From Octopus vulgaris (Eukaryota): 64,000 bases of DNA. The notes under the pieces were generated by a model. The model saw nothing but the letters and a program-made list of their open reading frames with translations. It did not search any database and had not been told where the DNA came from. Positions 38,160 through 52,149 of the stretch are shown one piece after another; position 1 is the stretch's first letter, and the number at the start of each line of letters is the position of its first letter. The translations under genes and the position numbers were made by a program. The stretch lies in the NCBI GenBank assembly GCA_951406725.2, contig OX597815.1, positions 57,288,001 through 57,352,000 on the forward strand. Reading direction: 5' to 3'.

Positions 38160-38375
38160 GTTTCAAATTTTGGCACTAGACCAGCAATTTTGGGGGCATG
38201 GGGAAAATCAGTTACACTTACCTCCTTGTACTCAACTGGTACTTATTTTATCGATCCTGAAAGGATGAATGGTACAGTCAACTTTGGCTAAATTTGAACT
38301 CAGAACGTAAAGACAGATGATATACTGCTAAGCATTTTGCCTGGTGTGCTCCACAATTCTTTCAGCTCACCGCCT
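38160..38375 (-). mobile_element. SINE (Nin-domain-like family); relatives at about 45675-45880 and 47345-47430
   Basis: Shared core TTATCGA(T/C)CC.GAAAGGATG...GTCAAC...ATTTGAACTCAGAACGTAAAGAC. Confidence 0.6.
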
Positions 38376-39257
38376 TAATGTCTTGGAATATTGAATGAGC
38401 ATTAGTATATATCTGGAATATTGGATATTTACTGAACCTGCTTAAACTCAGCTTTTCTCCAAAGATTCTTGTTGACAAACTTTGAGAGATCTGGAGTATT
38501 TTGTGAGAGTAATAGATTGTCTTCATTTTCATAGCATTATGCACTTAAGAGGCATTTCCCAAATAATTGAGGAATTCCAGCTTGTTGAAAATGTCCTTAG
38601 AAGGATTTTAACTGACCCTAGCAAACTAAGAAATTCTAATAACTGACTTTTGCTAGAAGCACAGTGCACTGTAGATAACTAATTATGAAAAATATTTAAT
38701 CCAGCTATGATGTTGCATGGACACTTTTATATGATACTATAATTTTTACTTATGAAGCAATTATGGAGAATTTTGCTCATGCACGTTTTCCTTTTTTATC
38801 TACTCTAGAAGTTAAAATGACTTAGTTTACATTCTTATTTCCCCTGTTGTGAATGGATTTAGTTGATGGAAACTGAAAGAAACCTGTCATATATATGTGC
38901 ATGTGTGTGCATACTTTTTATAGTCCACTTGCCTTGATATTGTGTGATAGTTGTATACAAGCATCACTGCCATACAAGCAGTATTCTTCATTTCTAATTC
39001 TCCATTTAAACATATCAGGCCATGGGAAAATATTACTTTACTTGGAAACAGGTGAGGGTTGGCAACAGGAAGGTCATCCAGTGGTAGAAAATCTACTGCT
39101 AAGAATTCTGTCCAGTCCATGCAAGCTAGGAAAAGAAAGAACAGTGGACATTAAAACATGATTATGAAGGAAAATATTTTTGAACATATTTTTCTCAATT
39201 GAAAATATTTTATATAGATACTTCTTTATAACCAACTGTTTAATTTTTCATTGTTAG

Positions 39258-39407
39258 GTAGACAGTCTTATGTTGGTTGTGACTCATTCATCTGTACTGT
39301 ATGCAATACAAGAAGAATTTTCTAAGCTGATGGATACAACTGTTGAAGTGTTTCAGGAGCAAATTTCCTGTCATCAAGCCATCTCTGAATCTCTAGCTGA
39401 ACTTAAG
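39258..39407 (+). CDS. MAP3K4: MAP3K4 internal exon (VDSLMLVV...EQISCHQAISESLAELK)
   Basis: ttAG/GTaaga, 150 nt, phase 0; resembles MEKK4 VDNLLLVV...QEQTSSQPVIAKALQQLK. Confidence 0.92.
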
Positions 39408-40019
39408 GTAAGAAAAATGTCTGTGAATTATGTAAAACTGAGTGTGACTGCTTTTATTTTGCTCCAATGTCATATACTTGAATTGTTTGATACCTTATTT
39501 TTGTGGTATACATGCAATTAGAACTTTTCCTCTACAATTATTACTGCTGTTACCACTGCAACCAGTACCATGTTATAAAGTGTTCATCTGCTGAAAGAGT
39601 TACATATATAAAGATTTACTATTTTCCTACAAAATATAAACAATCTTTTTAGGAAGCACAATCTTTAAGAGAATATTGATTTTATTTCTGGAGATAGCAA
39701 CTTTTAGCATATGATGTGAAAATATTTACCTTGATATTAGATTACAAACATGTAATTGAAAACTAACTAAATTTGAATTTGAGAAAGTTTAAAGGAAATG
39801 CACAAGTGTTGTTTTCAAAGAAAGATATGAATATCAGGTTGAGTTTTGATTTAAAATACTCACAATGCTTGTGAGATAGCTCCACCACTTTATCTGTTAC
39901 TGGCTGTGACTTGCTTACTCCAAGTATTAGCCTGTTTTTTTTTTATTGCAGCTGCAAGAAATTCGTATCAAGATCTAAATAAGTCTTCTGAACTTATGAA
40001 TCTCACTTTTCAACCAAGC

Positions 40020-43000
40020 AATCTCATTCAACAAAGCACTTCATAACTTTTCATGTCCTCATCATTTAGTGCCAGATAAACTTAAGGTGGCAAGAGTGGT
40101 ATTTGACCACATGCTCCAGCTAGGGCTTATACACCCCTCCACCAGCCCTTGGTCATCACCGCTCCATCTTGTCCCTAAGGGATTTGCGGGTTTTAGACCT
40201 CTGACAAATTAATTCCGTTACAGTTTTGGACAGGTATCCAATACCTCACCTACACAATTTCTTTTCATCTTTGCACAGCTGCACTGTACTTTCTAAGATA
40301 GACCTCATTAGAGCTTGCTATCAAATTCCTGTGAATCCAGATGATATTCCTAAGACAGCCATCATCATTCCTTTCGGTTCATTTGAATTTCTGTCCATGC
40401 CTTTTTGATTCAGGAATGCTGTAAGCACATTTCAGAGGTTTATTGACAAAGTTGTTCATGGTTTGCATTTCTTCTTTGTTTATATCAAATATCTGTTTAT
40501 TGCAAGTGTTGTAAGAACACATCCAACACTTAACACTGCTATTTTAACATCTATTTACGTAACAAATGAAGATAAACCCCACCATGTACGTTTTTGGTTC
40601 CGCCTCTTTGGAATTTTTGGGACATCTCATAGACAGCGATGGAATTTGTCTTCTTCCCAAGAAAATTCAAACAGTACAGTGCTTAGCTCCTCCTACTTCT
40701 CTTCACCAGGTATGCCAATTCACCAGGTATGCAAAAGAGTAAAAAAATAATGAAATTATTTCCCTTCCACCATCACAACTACAGGCTTTTGAGGGAATGA
40801 AAGATGAGCTAGGACAGATTTCTTTGTTAGCCTTTTCAATACAGAATGCTCAGCTGAGAATCTCACTCAATGCATCTGATTCTGCTGCAGGTGCCGTTCT
40901 ACAACAATCCTATCACAAGATGCAACTTTGGCATTCTTTTCTCACCAACTTAAACTTGTTGAAACTCATTACAGCACCTTTAGCAAAGAACTTCTAGCTA
41001 TGTACCTAGCTGTTAAATATTTTTCTCACTCTTTAGAGGGTCATGAATTTACCATATTCACTGACCACAAGCCACTCACGTTCATTTTGCTATTGAGGAC
41101 CAACAAATATTCTCCTCGAGAAAGTTGACAGTTGGATTTCATATCGCAGTTTACTTGTGATATTTCACATGTAACTGGAATAAATAACTCAGCCACAGAT
41201 GCTTTATCCAGACTTCCTATTTGTTTTCTATCTTCCACCTCAGAGATAGATTTGTCCACTTTGGCTGCTGACCAGCCTGCTTTGACCTCATTGGATACTA
41301 CATCTGACAAATTTTCTACTTGTCAATTCAAATACATACCACTCCCAACTACTGTGAAGGCAGTCCTGTGTGATGTTTCTACTGGAGACCCATGACCATT
41401 AGTTGCTGAGCATCACCAGAAACATGTTTTGAATGCTTTGCACTTGCTCTCTCATCTCTGTATCAGTAAAGCTAATTTTGGCTCAATTCTTCTGGCTGAA
41501 TATGCTTTGGCATATTACTGTATGGTCTCAGAATTGTTAGCAGTGTCAGCATTCAAAGGTACGTAGACACGTTTGAGCACCACTTGAAGATGCCCATTTT
41601 CAACAAGTCCATATCAACCTAGTTGGTCCTTGGCCTGTCAGTAATGGATTCACTTACATCCTCACAAGTACAGACTGTTTTACATGCTGGCTGGAGGCTG
41701 TTCCTTTACACAATATAGCAGCAGAGTCTGTTGCTCAAGCTCTCATAGCCACTTGGATTTCTCATTTCAGTGTTTCCTTACAGATCACTACTGATCGTGG
41801 CAGACAGTTTTGAGTTGCAGCTGTTTGCAGAACTGTCAAAGTTGTTGGGTGTTAAGCACATCCGCATCACCAGCTACCACCCTGGCATCTAATGGGATGG
41901 TAGAATGATTTCATCATCATCGTTTAACGTCCGCTTTCCATGCTAGCATGGGTTGGATGATTTTGACTGAGGGCTGGCGAACCAGATGGCTGCGCCAGGC
42001 TCCAATCTTGATCTGGAAGAGTTTCTACAGCTTGATTACCTTCCTAACGCCAACCACTCCATGAGTGTAGTGGGTGCTTTTTACGTGCCACCTGCACAGA
42101 AGCCAGTCAGGTGGTACTGGCAATGACCTCGCTCGAATCTTTTTACACATGCCACCGGCACAGGTGCCAGTAAGGCGACGCTGGTAATGATCATGCACGA
42201 ATGGTGCCCTCTGACAACGATCACGCTCAGATGGTGTTCTTGGCACCCTACTAGCACGGGCACAAGTGCTAGTATGGTGACGCTGGTAACAATCACACGC
42301 AAATGGTGCTTTTTATGTGCCACTGGCATGGAAGCCAGTTAGCTGCTCTGTCAGCGATCACACTCGTATGGTGATCTTTGCACCCCGCTAGCATGGATGC
42401 CAGTCATCGAATTTGATTTTAATTTTGATTTGATTTCACTTGCCTCAACAGGTCTTCACAAGCAGAGTTTAGTGTCCAAAGAAGGAAAAGGTATGCATAA
42501 GCAGGCTGGTGACGCTCCTGGCATAGGCCACGGGTTATGGTCTTATTTGGCTTGCCGGGTCTTCTCAAACACAGCATATTTCCAAAAGTCTCGGTCAATA
42601 GTCATTTCCTTGGTGAGGCCTAAAGTTCGAAGGTCATGCTTCACCACTTCATCCCAGGTCTTCCTGGGTTTACCTCTTCCACAGGTTCCCTCAACCGCTA
42701 GGGTGTGGCACTTTTTCACACAGCTATCCTCATCCATTCTCTCCACATGACCATACCAGTGCAGTCATCTCTCTTGCACCCCACATCTGATGCTTCTTAG
42801 GTCCAACATTTCTTTCAAGGTACTTACACTCTGTCAAGTATGCACACTGACATTACACATCCATTGGATCATACTGGCTTCATTCCTTGTGAGCTTATGC
42901 ATGTCCTCAGCAGTCACAGCCCATGTTTCACTGCCATGTAGCAGTCAACTTAAAAAACTGCACTGCAATCCAGATCCTCACCACTGGAGTGAGTGCCTTC

Positions 43001-43565
43001 CTGTTTTTTTTGGGGGGTTGTATATTCTCTGTTAAAGAAGATCTCAGTTTTACACGTGCAGAACTACTTTACACTGTGCCTTTGTCACTCCTGGGTCAAA
43101 TGTTTATTCCTGTGGATTTAGCTGCTCAAGATCCTACTGCATACGTATACCGCTTACATTCCTATTTTGCTGATCTACTGCATATGTCTTCTTGATGACA
43201 GTCATACCTTCTTTTGTTCCACAAAACATTTCCTCATGGACTCAATTATTTTGAGGGACGATTCTGTGAGAGGACCACTCACACATCTGTATAAAGGACA
43301 GTATCATGTCCTAGCAAAGACTGACAAACTTTTTACCATAGATATTAATGGCAAAAAAGAAACAGTATCTGTTGACAGGATGAAGCGTACTTTTGCTGAA
43401 GCCCTCACTCCAGAATCAAACGTAGCCCTCCATTTTACACCATAAAATACTGCAGACATCATACCTACACCTTCATCAGTACCAACAATGCAGTCATCTA
43501 CCCCTTCATCTTCTCATACCACCACCACACGCAGTGGCCACAAAGTCCACTGGCCTAACAAACTG
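40020..43565 (+). mobile_element. Decayed Ty3/Gypsy pol (RT-RNase H-integrase); possible 3' LTR after the purine tract at about 43895
   Basis: DRYPIPH..SKIDL..IPKTAII.PFG, YSTFSKELLA...FTDHKPL, integrase NGMVE and VSVDRMK remnants. Confidence 0.85.
41911..42942 (-). mobile_element. RTE LINE 3' fragment nested in the Gypsy integrase
   Basis: RMDEDSCVKKC...GRGKPRKTWDEVV..DL C-terminus, 3' UTR with internal repeats, (ATG)n tail; the integrase reading resumes after 42942. Confidence 0.85.
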
Positions 43566-44919
43566 TGCAAAATATTTTAAAACATTTCTATTACTGCCTG
43601 TTTTTTTATCATGCATTTTTCTATGTATTTTCATGTGATATTTATTTTGTGTCTAAAGCATGCATTGCTATGCTTTACTATTTATATGCAAATATCCTAC
43701 ATTCTTTTTTTTACACCTTGTTTGAATTTTCACATGTTTTATTTTCTTGTAAGATGCTGTATTTTTTATTGATCTACATAATTCTGCATACATTCTAATA
43801 AGCATACTAGCATGTTCAACCCTTTTGTCTTACCATTTTTACTGGCAGTTCTCTCCTATTATCGCAAATTTGTGTCACACAAATGTTCTGGATGGGGAGT
43901 TCTGCAGCAGAATGGATTGACAAAAGCACAAATAACAAACTATCCTCTCTTCCTTATTTTATTGTTTGGACGTAGCAGAGCACACTTAGCTATAAAGATC
44001 ATGCTTTAACCATTTGCTCTGATTAGTTAGTTTTTAGGTGCAATTTGTCCCCTAAACAATTACACCAAGTTACCCAATCAACCAATCAGATGCGCTCGAA
44101 TGGATCATGTGTTCTCTTGGTGGAAAAACCTTTCACATCTCTATGGAGCCTAGCAATTTCCTTAAATAGATAAGTTTTTCTTTGCTTAGGGAATCTAGCT
44201 TGTGTTTGCACCAGGAAGTTATTTGCTCACTTTCTCCATGTTATGACACAAAGAAATTCATCGCTGCCAACACCGTCAATATCACTGCTACCAGCTCATA
44301 CTGCACCTAATGCCGACTGCATCATAATTCACCCTCATGTATGTAAATACATTTAGTGGATATGACTGTTTAGTGTTCCCACTGAAACCTTAATTACCTT
44401 ATACGATGTTTAATGTCATTTTATGCTCATGTTGACTTATGGAGCAATCTTATGTTCCCTTCATAGAACACTTGTAATATCTGTATTACCAGTTCTTTTG
44501 GTGTAGTAGATTTTTACTATTCTTGTTTATGTCTCCTCACAGACATATAATTTTCACTGAAACATGGTTTAAAGATAATCAAAAATTATGTGGCATATGT
44601 GATTATGCATATAAAAAACCACAGAGTAATTCTGAAACAGTAAAAAGTGGATCAATAAGGATTCACAATTCACTAATGAATTCACTATTCACTCATGAAT
44701 TCACAATTCAACTTTCATTAAGGAGCAGTATGACATAAACGTATTTGATTCTTACAAATATATCTTCAAAGAGCTCATAGTACTTGCCATTGCAGTAGAA
44801 TCTATTTATGAATCACCAAAAATCTAAAAAAAAAATGTACATTCTTCAGAAATTTTTATGCTCCACTAATTCATATTTCAACAGTGGAGAAATTGCTTTA
44901 ACCATCTATTGCTCTTCCT

Positions 44920-47345
44920 TCACATTCTTATGAAACTACTCACCTCTCCTTTTCTCCCTACCTAATCCATTGACTATATCCTCTCTTATACCCACTTACC
45001 TTGAAAGTTTGCTTTGGCATATCACTATCATTTTCCTTCGTTATCTTCATCTTCCAAATAACTACTACTTGCCCTTATCTCCTCTATAGAAAGACACCCG
45101 TTCTTGTTCTTCTATCATAGCCTTTCAGCATCTGGCATATAGCTACTTCCCACTTCCTAATCACACATGCACACACTTAGTCACAGTCAAGGGTGGAGTC
45201 TTTTTTCTTACCTGTTCTTTTCTGTCTTGCAACTTATTTGGCCACCTTACAGGTGCTGGTGGCATGGAAAAAAGTACCCAGTACACATTATAAGGTGGTT
45301 AGCAAAGCTGAATCTAGAGTTTGGCACAGCACTGCAGATTGCTGGATCCTGTCATATTGTTCAACTCATGCCAGCTCAGAAAATGGATGTTAAATGATGG
45401 TGATGGTGGTGGTGGTGGCAGCAGAGGCAGTGGAAAAAAAAAAACCAATCATGATGTTGAAAATTATACTGCACAGAAGGGTGGATTTCATGTAGATTAA
45501 ATGAAAGACAATAGACAAAAGCATTAAAGCATCAGGCAAAAGGTCTGAACATAGATGCAATTAAAATAAATGATTTATTGGAAGGTAGAGTTATTTTGAA
45601 CATAATGAACATAAATTCTCCAACTTGAATAAGAAACCCACAGGAAGGCAGCAATTGATATATTTGTTTCTACTCTAGGCACAAGGCCTGAAATTTTGGG
45701 GGATGATGGCCAGTAGATTAGATCAGACCCTGTATGCAACTGGTACTTAATTTATCGACCCCGAAAGGATGTAAAGCAAAGTTGACCGTGGTAGAATTTG
45801 AACTCAGAACGTAAAGACAGATGAAATACTGCAAAGCATTTTGCCTGGTGTGCTAGAGTTTCTGCCAGCTTGCCGCCTTGCAATTGATGATACATTGACA
45901 AATACATGGAACATATAGATTTCTCTCTGAAACACATTTCCAATATTTCAGTTCATTTACATTTACTGACTATACTGTATGAAATACTATACTGAGGGCA
46001 TTAAATGAAACTACCCTAATAAAGCTAAAAATATAATTGATTTACATGATGCCTTTAAAGAATTTAAGACTACAATGATGGCCTGTTGTCATTTATTAAA
46101 TATCATCTATTTTTATTCAAACCAATATGTGCATTGGTTGTAAACTCTATAATAAAATCTGTCAATAAAAGCTTCCAGCTTAGACAGAAAATAAGTACAG
46201 ATAATCGACAGAAAAATAACTGTAGCAGTAAAAGTAAAACTGACACCATTAACTTTCATTTTCAACTTAGTGATGAAATCTAGTATTTCCCCATATCATT
46301 TAACGAAAGATGAAACAGTTCCAGTATACAAGACCATGAACCTTCCATCTCTTATTCTCAACATTCCTTCCTTTCTCTCACTTCTCTCACTGAAAACTTT
46401 TCTGTTCCTTCAGATAGCTCTCCTCTATGTTATCACTTCACTTGCCTGCCATCATTCTCAACATACTATCATCTTCACTCACTGTACACATCCTTATCTA
46501 CACTCACATATCCCTCTCCACCTTACACATCATCTCACTACCTTATTATCTATCCTCCTCCATGTGCCACTGCTAGGTCTCATTTTACTTCCTTTTTACA
46601 TTGATATTTCCCCTCAACCACACCTTCATTCTTGTATATCTGCCACCCCCACCTCTCTTACCATCTCCCCTCACATTCTTATGAAACTACTTACCTTTCC
46701 TTTTCTCCCTACCTAATCCACTGACTATATCCTCTCTTATACCCACTTACCTTGAAAGTGTGCCTTGGCATAACATCACTATCATTTTTCTTTATCTTCA
46801 TCCTCCAAATAACTACTACTTGCCCTTACAATGTGTGGTAACCATGTATCTCCTCTATAGAAAGACACCTGTTCTTGTTCCTCTATCATAGCCTCTCAGC
46901 AGCTGGCATATAGCCTCTTCCCACGTCCTACCCACCCCCCACACACACACAATCAGTCACAATCTGGCGTGGGGGGGGTGTCTTTTTTCTTATCTGTTCT
47001 TTTCTGTCTTGCAACTTATTTGGCCACTTCACAGGTGTTGGAGGCATGGAAAAAAGTACCCAGTACACATTGTAAAGTGGTTAGCATTAGGAAGAGCAAA
47101 GCTGACTCTAGAGTTTGGCATAGCACTGCAGATTGCTGGATCCTGTCATATTGTTCAACTCGTGCCAGCTTAGAAATTGGACATTAAATGGTGGTGGCAG
47201 TGGTGGCAGTAGTGGCAAAGAAACATGAAGTTGAAAATTATACTGCATGTATTTTCATAAGAAAAAGGAAGGGTGGTTTTCATGTAGGCTAGATGAAAGA
47301 CAACAAATAAACAAAAGCATTAAAGCATCAGGCAAAAGGTCTTGC
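44920..47345 (+). repeat. Dispersed direct duplication of about 650 bp (44920-45545 vs 46670-47342)
   Basis: Collinear similarity from TCACATTCTTATGAAACTACT through AAAGCATTAAAGCATCAGGCAAAAGGTCT. Confidence 0.85.
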
Positions 47346-47879
47346 AGTATTTGTTCTGGCTTAGAGTTCAAAACTTGGTGAAATCTACATGTCTTTTACC
47401 TTCCAGGGTTGATAAAATAAAATACCAGTCTAGGCTCATGGACTGGTGAATTGTTAGAGCACTGGACAAAAGAAATGCTTTGTGGTATTTCTTCAAGTTC
47501 TTTATGTTGTGAATGCTCAGGCATATGTGGCAAACTTGTCGCTACTTTGCCAAGATGATGGTATCTTATAACAGATGCCTGGGATCTTTTCCTTTTGAAC
47601 GGCACTTTGTAACATAATTTCTAGTTAACTAAACACTTTTAAACTTCGTATACTGGTAGAATGTGTTTATAAAACATCATTTTTTCTTGGCTTTATTGAG
47701 AAAATTCTATAGGTTGTAAGATATTTCGTCTGAAATTTCGAGCATTTCAGCAATTTTAACCAATCGCTGACCTCCATTGATGTAAACAACATTCCATGCT
47801 GTATGAATATGTCCCTCCTTTAAGAAACAGATTGGATTTATTTACATTTGTGAAGAAAAAAAGATACCCTTCCCCAACA

Positions 47880-49508
47880 CTCTAAGAATAAACATAACTA
47901 TGCGTCTCCTGGTCTCGATGGTGTTACATACCTACTTTTTAAATGCAGTGGGTACTTTCTTCTAAACCAACTTTCACTATTCTTTCAATTCTGTCTTGAT
48001 AATGGTGTTACTCCAGAGCAGTGGAAAACTGCCAGTGTTATCCCTCTGTTCAAAAAAGGTGACCGCCTGTCAACTATCGCCCATCAGTCTTACTAGCTGC
48101 ATCGCCAAACTGATGGAATCCTGTGTCAGAGAAACTCTCTGGAACTTCTGGAAGTCTCACAGCCTCATCCAGCCATCACAATTTGGATTTATTCCTAATT
48201 CCAGCTGCTGTAATCAGCTTATCGAGTTTCTTGAGGACATTACTCGAATCACTGATGGCGGCTCCTGGGTGGATGTCGTTTACCTGGACTTTGCTAAGGC
48301 TTTTAATTCTGTGCCACACAAAAGACTTATGGTGAAACTCTCTGCAATGGGTGTAAGAGATGATCTCTATAACTGGTTGAATTCCTTCATTATCGGCCAA
48401 AAAGAAATTGTCACAGTTCTAGGTCAGCACTCTTCGCCCTATGAGAGGACATCTGGTGAACCACAGGGATCTGTTCTTGGCTCCATTTTATTTGCTGCAT
48501 ATGTTAACAACATAGATGCCAACTTAAAGAATGCCACAGTGCTGAAATATGCAGATGACATCAAGCTGTATCTGGAAATAAAGAGGACAGATCCTGTACA
48601 CTATAGATCTTTATTGCAATCAGACCTGGACACAATGCAGCAGTGGATCATGGACTGGCAACTCAAGCTGGCTGTGGACAAATGTACCACCATGCATTTT
48701 GAGAGGAAAAACCCAGCGTCTACTTACTCCCTCCACAACACTAATCTCAAAAAGTCTTCTTGTGAACGTGACCTGGGCATTATTGTTGACAGTGATTTGT
48801 GTTGGACAAAACACATTGCTAAAATTGCCAAGAAGGCTGAAGGTGTCTTAGCATCACTTACCAGGTCCTTTGTCAGCCGCTCTCCGGCTATCTATCTGAA
48901 GCTTTATACAGCTATGGTGCGGCCTCAACTGGAATTTGCATCCCTGGTCTGGAACCCCTATCTTGCCCAGGATATTAATTGTCTGGAAACTGTTCAGTGA
49001 CGTGCAGCCAAGAGAATACCCTCCATCAGGCATTTGCCATATTCTGAATGCCTTATTTCCCTAGGCATGGATACATTGAAACTCTGACATCTGGCAGCTG
49101 ACTTGGCAGACACCCATAAAATTATTAACCATCTTACAAACAATAACTCTGAGCACCTTTTCAAACTCCACCTATCTAACACCCGTGGACATGTTTACAA
49201 AGTCAGAAAACAGCATTGCTCCCATGACTTTTGGAAACATTTTTTCACGCTAGGAGTTGCTGAAGCATGGAACAAACTGCTGGCATCAGTTGTTATATGT
49301 CAGAGCACTGCATCCTTCAAAACTTCCATGCTTCTTGAGATTTGCCAACACTACACCTGATTTTCTCCCCTCCATACACATGCAAGCATGTCTCTGACTC
49401 ATACACTGTTCACTTCCCAGACATTTGTACATTAAGGCACATGTTTTATATGCACTTTTGACAAATTGTGGTGCACCTGAGCACTGTATACTATAATTTC
49501 ATTATTAT
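47880..49508 (+). mobile_element. CR1-like LINE 3' half, decayed
   Basis: PISLTS, QFGF, YLDFAKAF, PQGSVLG, YADD, RDLG and RPQLEF..VWNP motifs; 3' UTR ends in (ATT)n. Confidence 0.88.
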
Positions 49509-50128
49509 ATATCTATAAAATTGCACCCTTAGTGAATATCATCTTAATAACTGATTCTGGTCCGTAAAAGCAAGGGAGAATTTAAATATATTAGATATAG
49601 AATGCAGTACAAAGTGAGTCACCATCTTGCCAATGATAAGACTCATTTCGACTGACTGCATTCTATATACATGATATATTCAAATAATTTTAACTATAAT
49701 TGTAGGATTATCTCCCCTATTTCCCATGCCTTTCTCGACCACAATCATTAAGATAGATTTTTTCTCATCACTTATTTGATAAAGTTGTATACATGCATGC
49801 ATACATAGATACATACAACAAAACTATCTTTATTTTTCTGTATTTCACACCCACATACATACACACATAAATGTGTGTACACACATATACACACATATGT
49901 ATGTATGTATGTATGCATGCATGTATGTCAGTTTTGAAAAAATAAAGATTTATTGTAAACATCATTATCAAAAATAATCATCTGATCTAACACACTCCAT
50001 CATCAAAATGTTTTTAAGACTTTTCATAATTAATAAAATTAATTTCCTAAGATTCTCCTCACAATTCACAGTTACAGGTTTTAACATTTCTTTTTTAGCT
50101 AAAATCTTGTATTTTGTTTTGATTTCAG

Positions 50129-50290
50129 GCTACAGCTATGCACCTAAGACAGAACATATCCTCGACTCTATTGCAACTGAAAGAGAAGTTGTATTTTGTT
50201 GAGATTAATAAAATGGATACCAAAGAAAGAAATCATTTACTTGGCCTTTATTGTGTAACAATTATTAAAGGCTATAATTTTGGATTTGAG
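50129..50290 (+). CDS. MAP3K4: MAP3K4 internal exon (ATAMHLRQNI...IKGYNFGFE)
   Basis: ttcAG/GTaaaa, 162 nt, phase 0; GYNFGFE as in MEKK4. This frame is missed by the ORF track. Confidence 0.93.
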
Positions 50291-51660
50291 GTAAAAATTT
50301 ATCTTTTTGTACAATAATTAGATAATTTTGGAGATGTTTGAATATACAGGCATGCATGTATATATGTATGTATGCATGCATATATGTATTATATGCATCA
50401 GAAGACATATTAGATTAATATAGCCATCTTTGCATCATACTTAATGTAAATATATTGTGAAAGGCAAATTTTCTGAAGTATTTGTCCAGGGTGATATCTC
50501 TTATGGACATGAAATTCTATATCAGAGGCAGATGAAAATCATTCTAGTAGCAGCTGGTGAGAATGCTAGATGTACATTTTTGCCTTGCTGGACATTCAGT
50601 AGCATATACCCACAACCAACTGCATGCTAATACAAAGCCTGTTGTCACTGATATAGGAAAACAATGAATGAACAATCACTGGTGCTGTAAATAGCCATCC
50701 AGCTGAATAAAACTGTTGTATTATCTTCAGATAAATACCAAGACGAATTTGCTTTTTTTTCAATGTATTTACATTAAGTATGATACACAGATGGCTATGT
50801 TAATCTAATATTACTTCTGTTGCATATAATGTATTATTCAGCCAGACAGCTATTTATAAATAGCTCATATATTCAGGATGGTAATTTGTTGTGTTTGTAT
50901 ATTTTGTAACTTTTCAACATAAAATGCTAGATTGGGAGTGGAAGGGAGAAAGATGAAGTATAATAATGGGAAGTGATAGATAAAGACAGATGAAGGGAGA
51001 AGTAGAGTACAAAAGAGAGGTAAATTAAAAATGTGAGAGGAGAGAACAGAAAGGAGAGTGAATATGATAACTAGATTAAAACAGGGAGGAATATGGAGAA
51101 CATGAACAGTAGGGCTGTATGGCAAAATTTCTGATGTCACTGTCTTTAGTTCTCTGTATTTTAGTAAATACAATATTAAATATCTATTGATAAATACAAT
51201 AGTGATCTGATTAGTTGAACATCTTTATGTTCCAATGTCACTTTGAAGTGCATTAATTCATGTTAACTCTTTTTGAAGTGAGTGTTTAAAATACTCCCAG
51301 GTAAAAAGTACTTAACAAAATATGTATTCCATAGGCCATAATTTTATAGCACAGATTAAGTTGTGTGTACACAAACATATTTATGTGTATATAAATATAC
51401 TTCAAACGGTCTTTTGCACCTACTAACCTTGGTTTTCTATATTGGTATTTGTCATGTATGACCTGTTATAATTTTCCAATCTTCAAAATCTTGTTATATT
51501 TGTATCTTTTATAATGAGAAATGAAATGAAAACTCCCACTAAAAGAAGGAATGGTCTGCACAGTCATTCAAAGAAGAATGACCACAGAATCCTGAATGTA
51601 AGGATTAAATATTATAAAGAAGCTAGCTACTTTAAGTGCTGTAACATTATGCTTAGAAAT

Positions 51661-52055
51661 ACTCTTTTACTTGTTTCAGTCATTTGACTGTGGCCATGCT
51701 GGAGCACTGCCTTTTAGTTGAGCAAATCAACCCCAGGTCTTATTCTTTGTAAGCCTTGTACTTATTCTATCAGTCATTTTTGCTGAACCGCTAAGTTATA
51801 GGGACGTAAACACACCAGCATTGGTTGTCAAGTGATGTTGTGGGGACAAACACAGACACACAAACATACACACACACATATACATATACATATATACGAT
51901 GGGCTTCTTTCAGTTTCTGTCTATCAAATCCACTCACAAGGCTATAGTGGCCCAAGACTATAGTAGAAGACACTTGCCCAAGGTGCCATGCAGTGGGACT
52001 GAACCCAGAACCATGTGGTTCGTAAGCAAGCTACTTACCACACAACTATTCCTAC
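51661..52055 (-). mobile_element. tRNA-derived SINE, same family as 16895-17290
   Basis: Reverse-complement similarity over its full length. Confidence 0.85.
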
Positions 52056-52149
52056 ACCAATGCAAATGAAACAACAAAATTTATGTCAAAATAAATTATT
52101 TGATGTAGCTAAATGTAGTGTTGATATTTCAAAATAAAGTGTGTAAAAG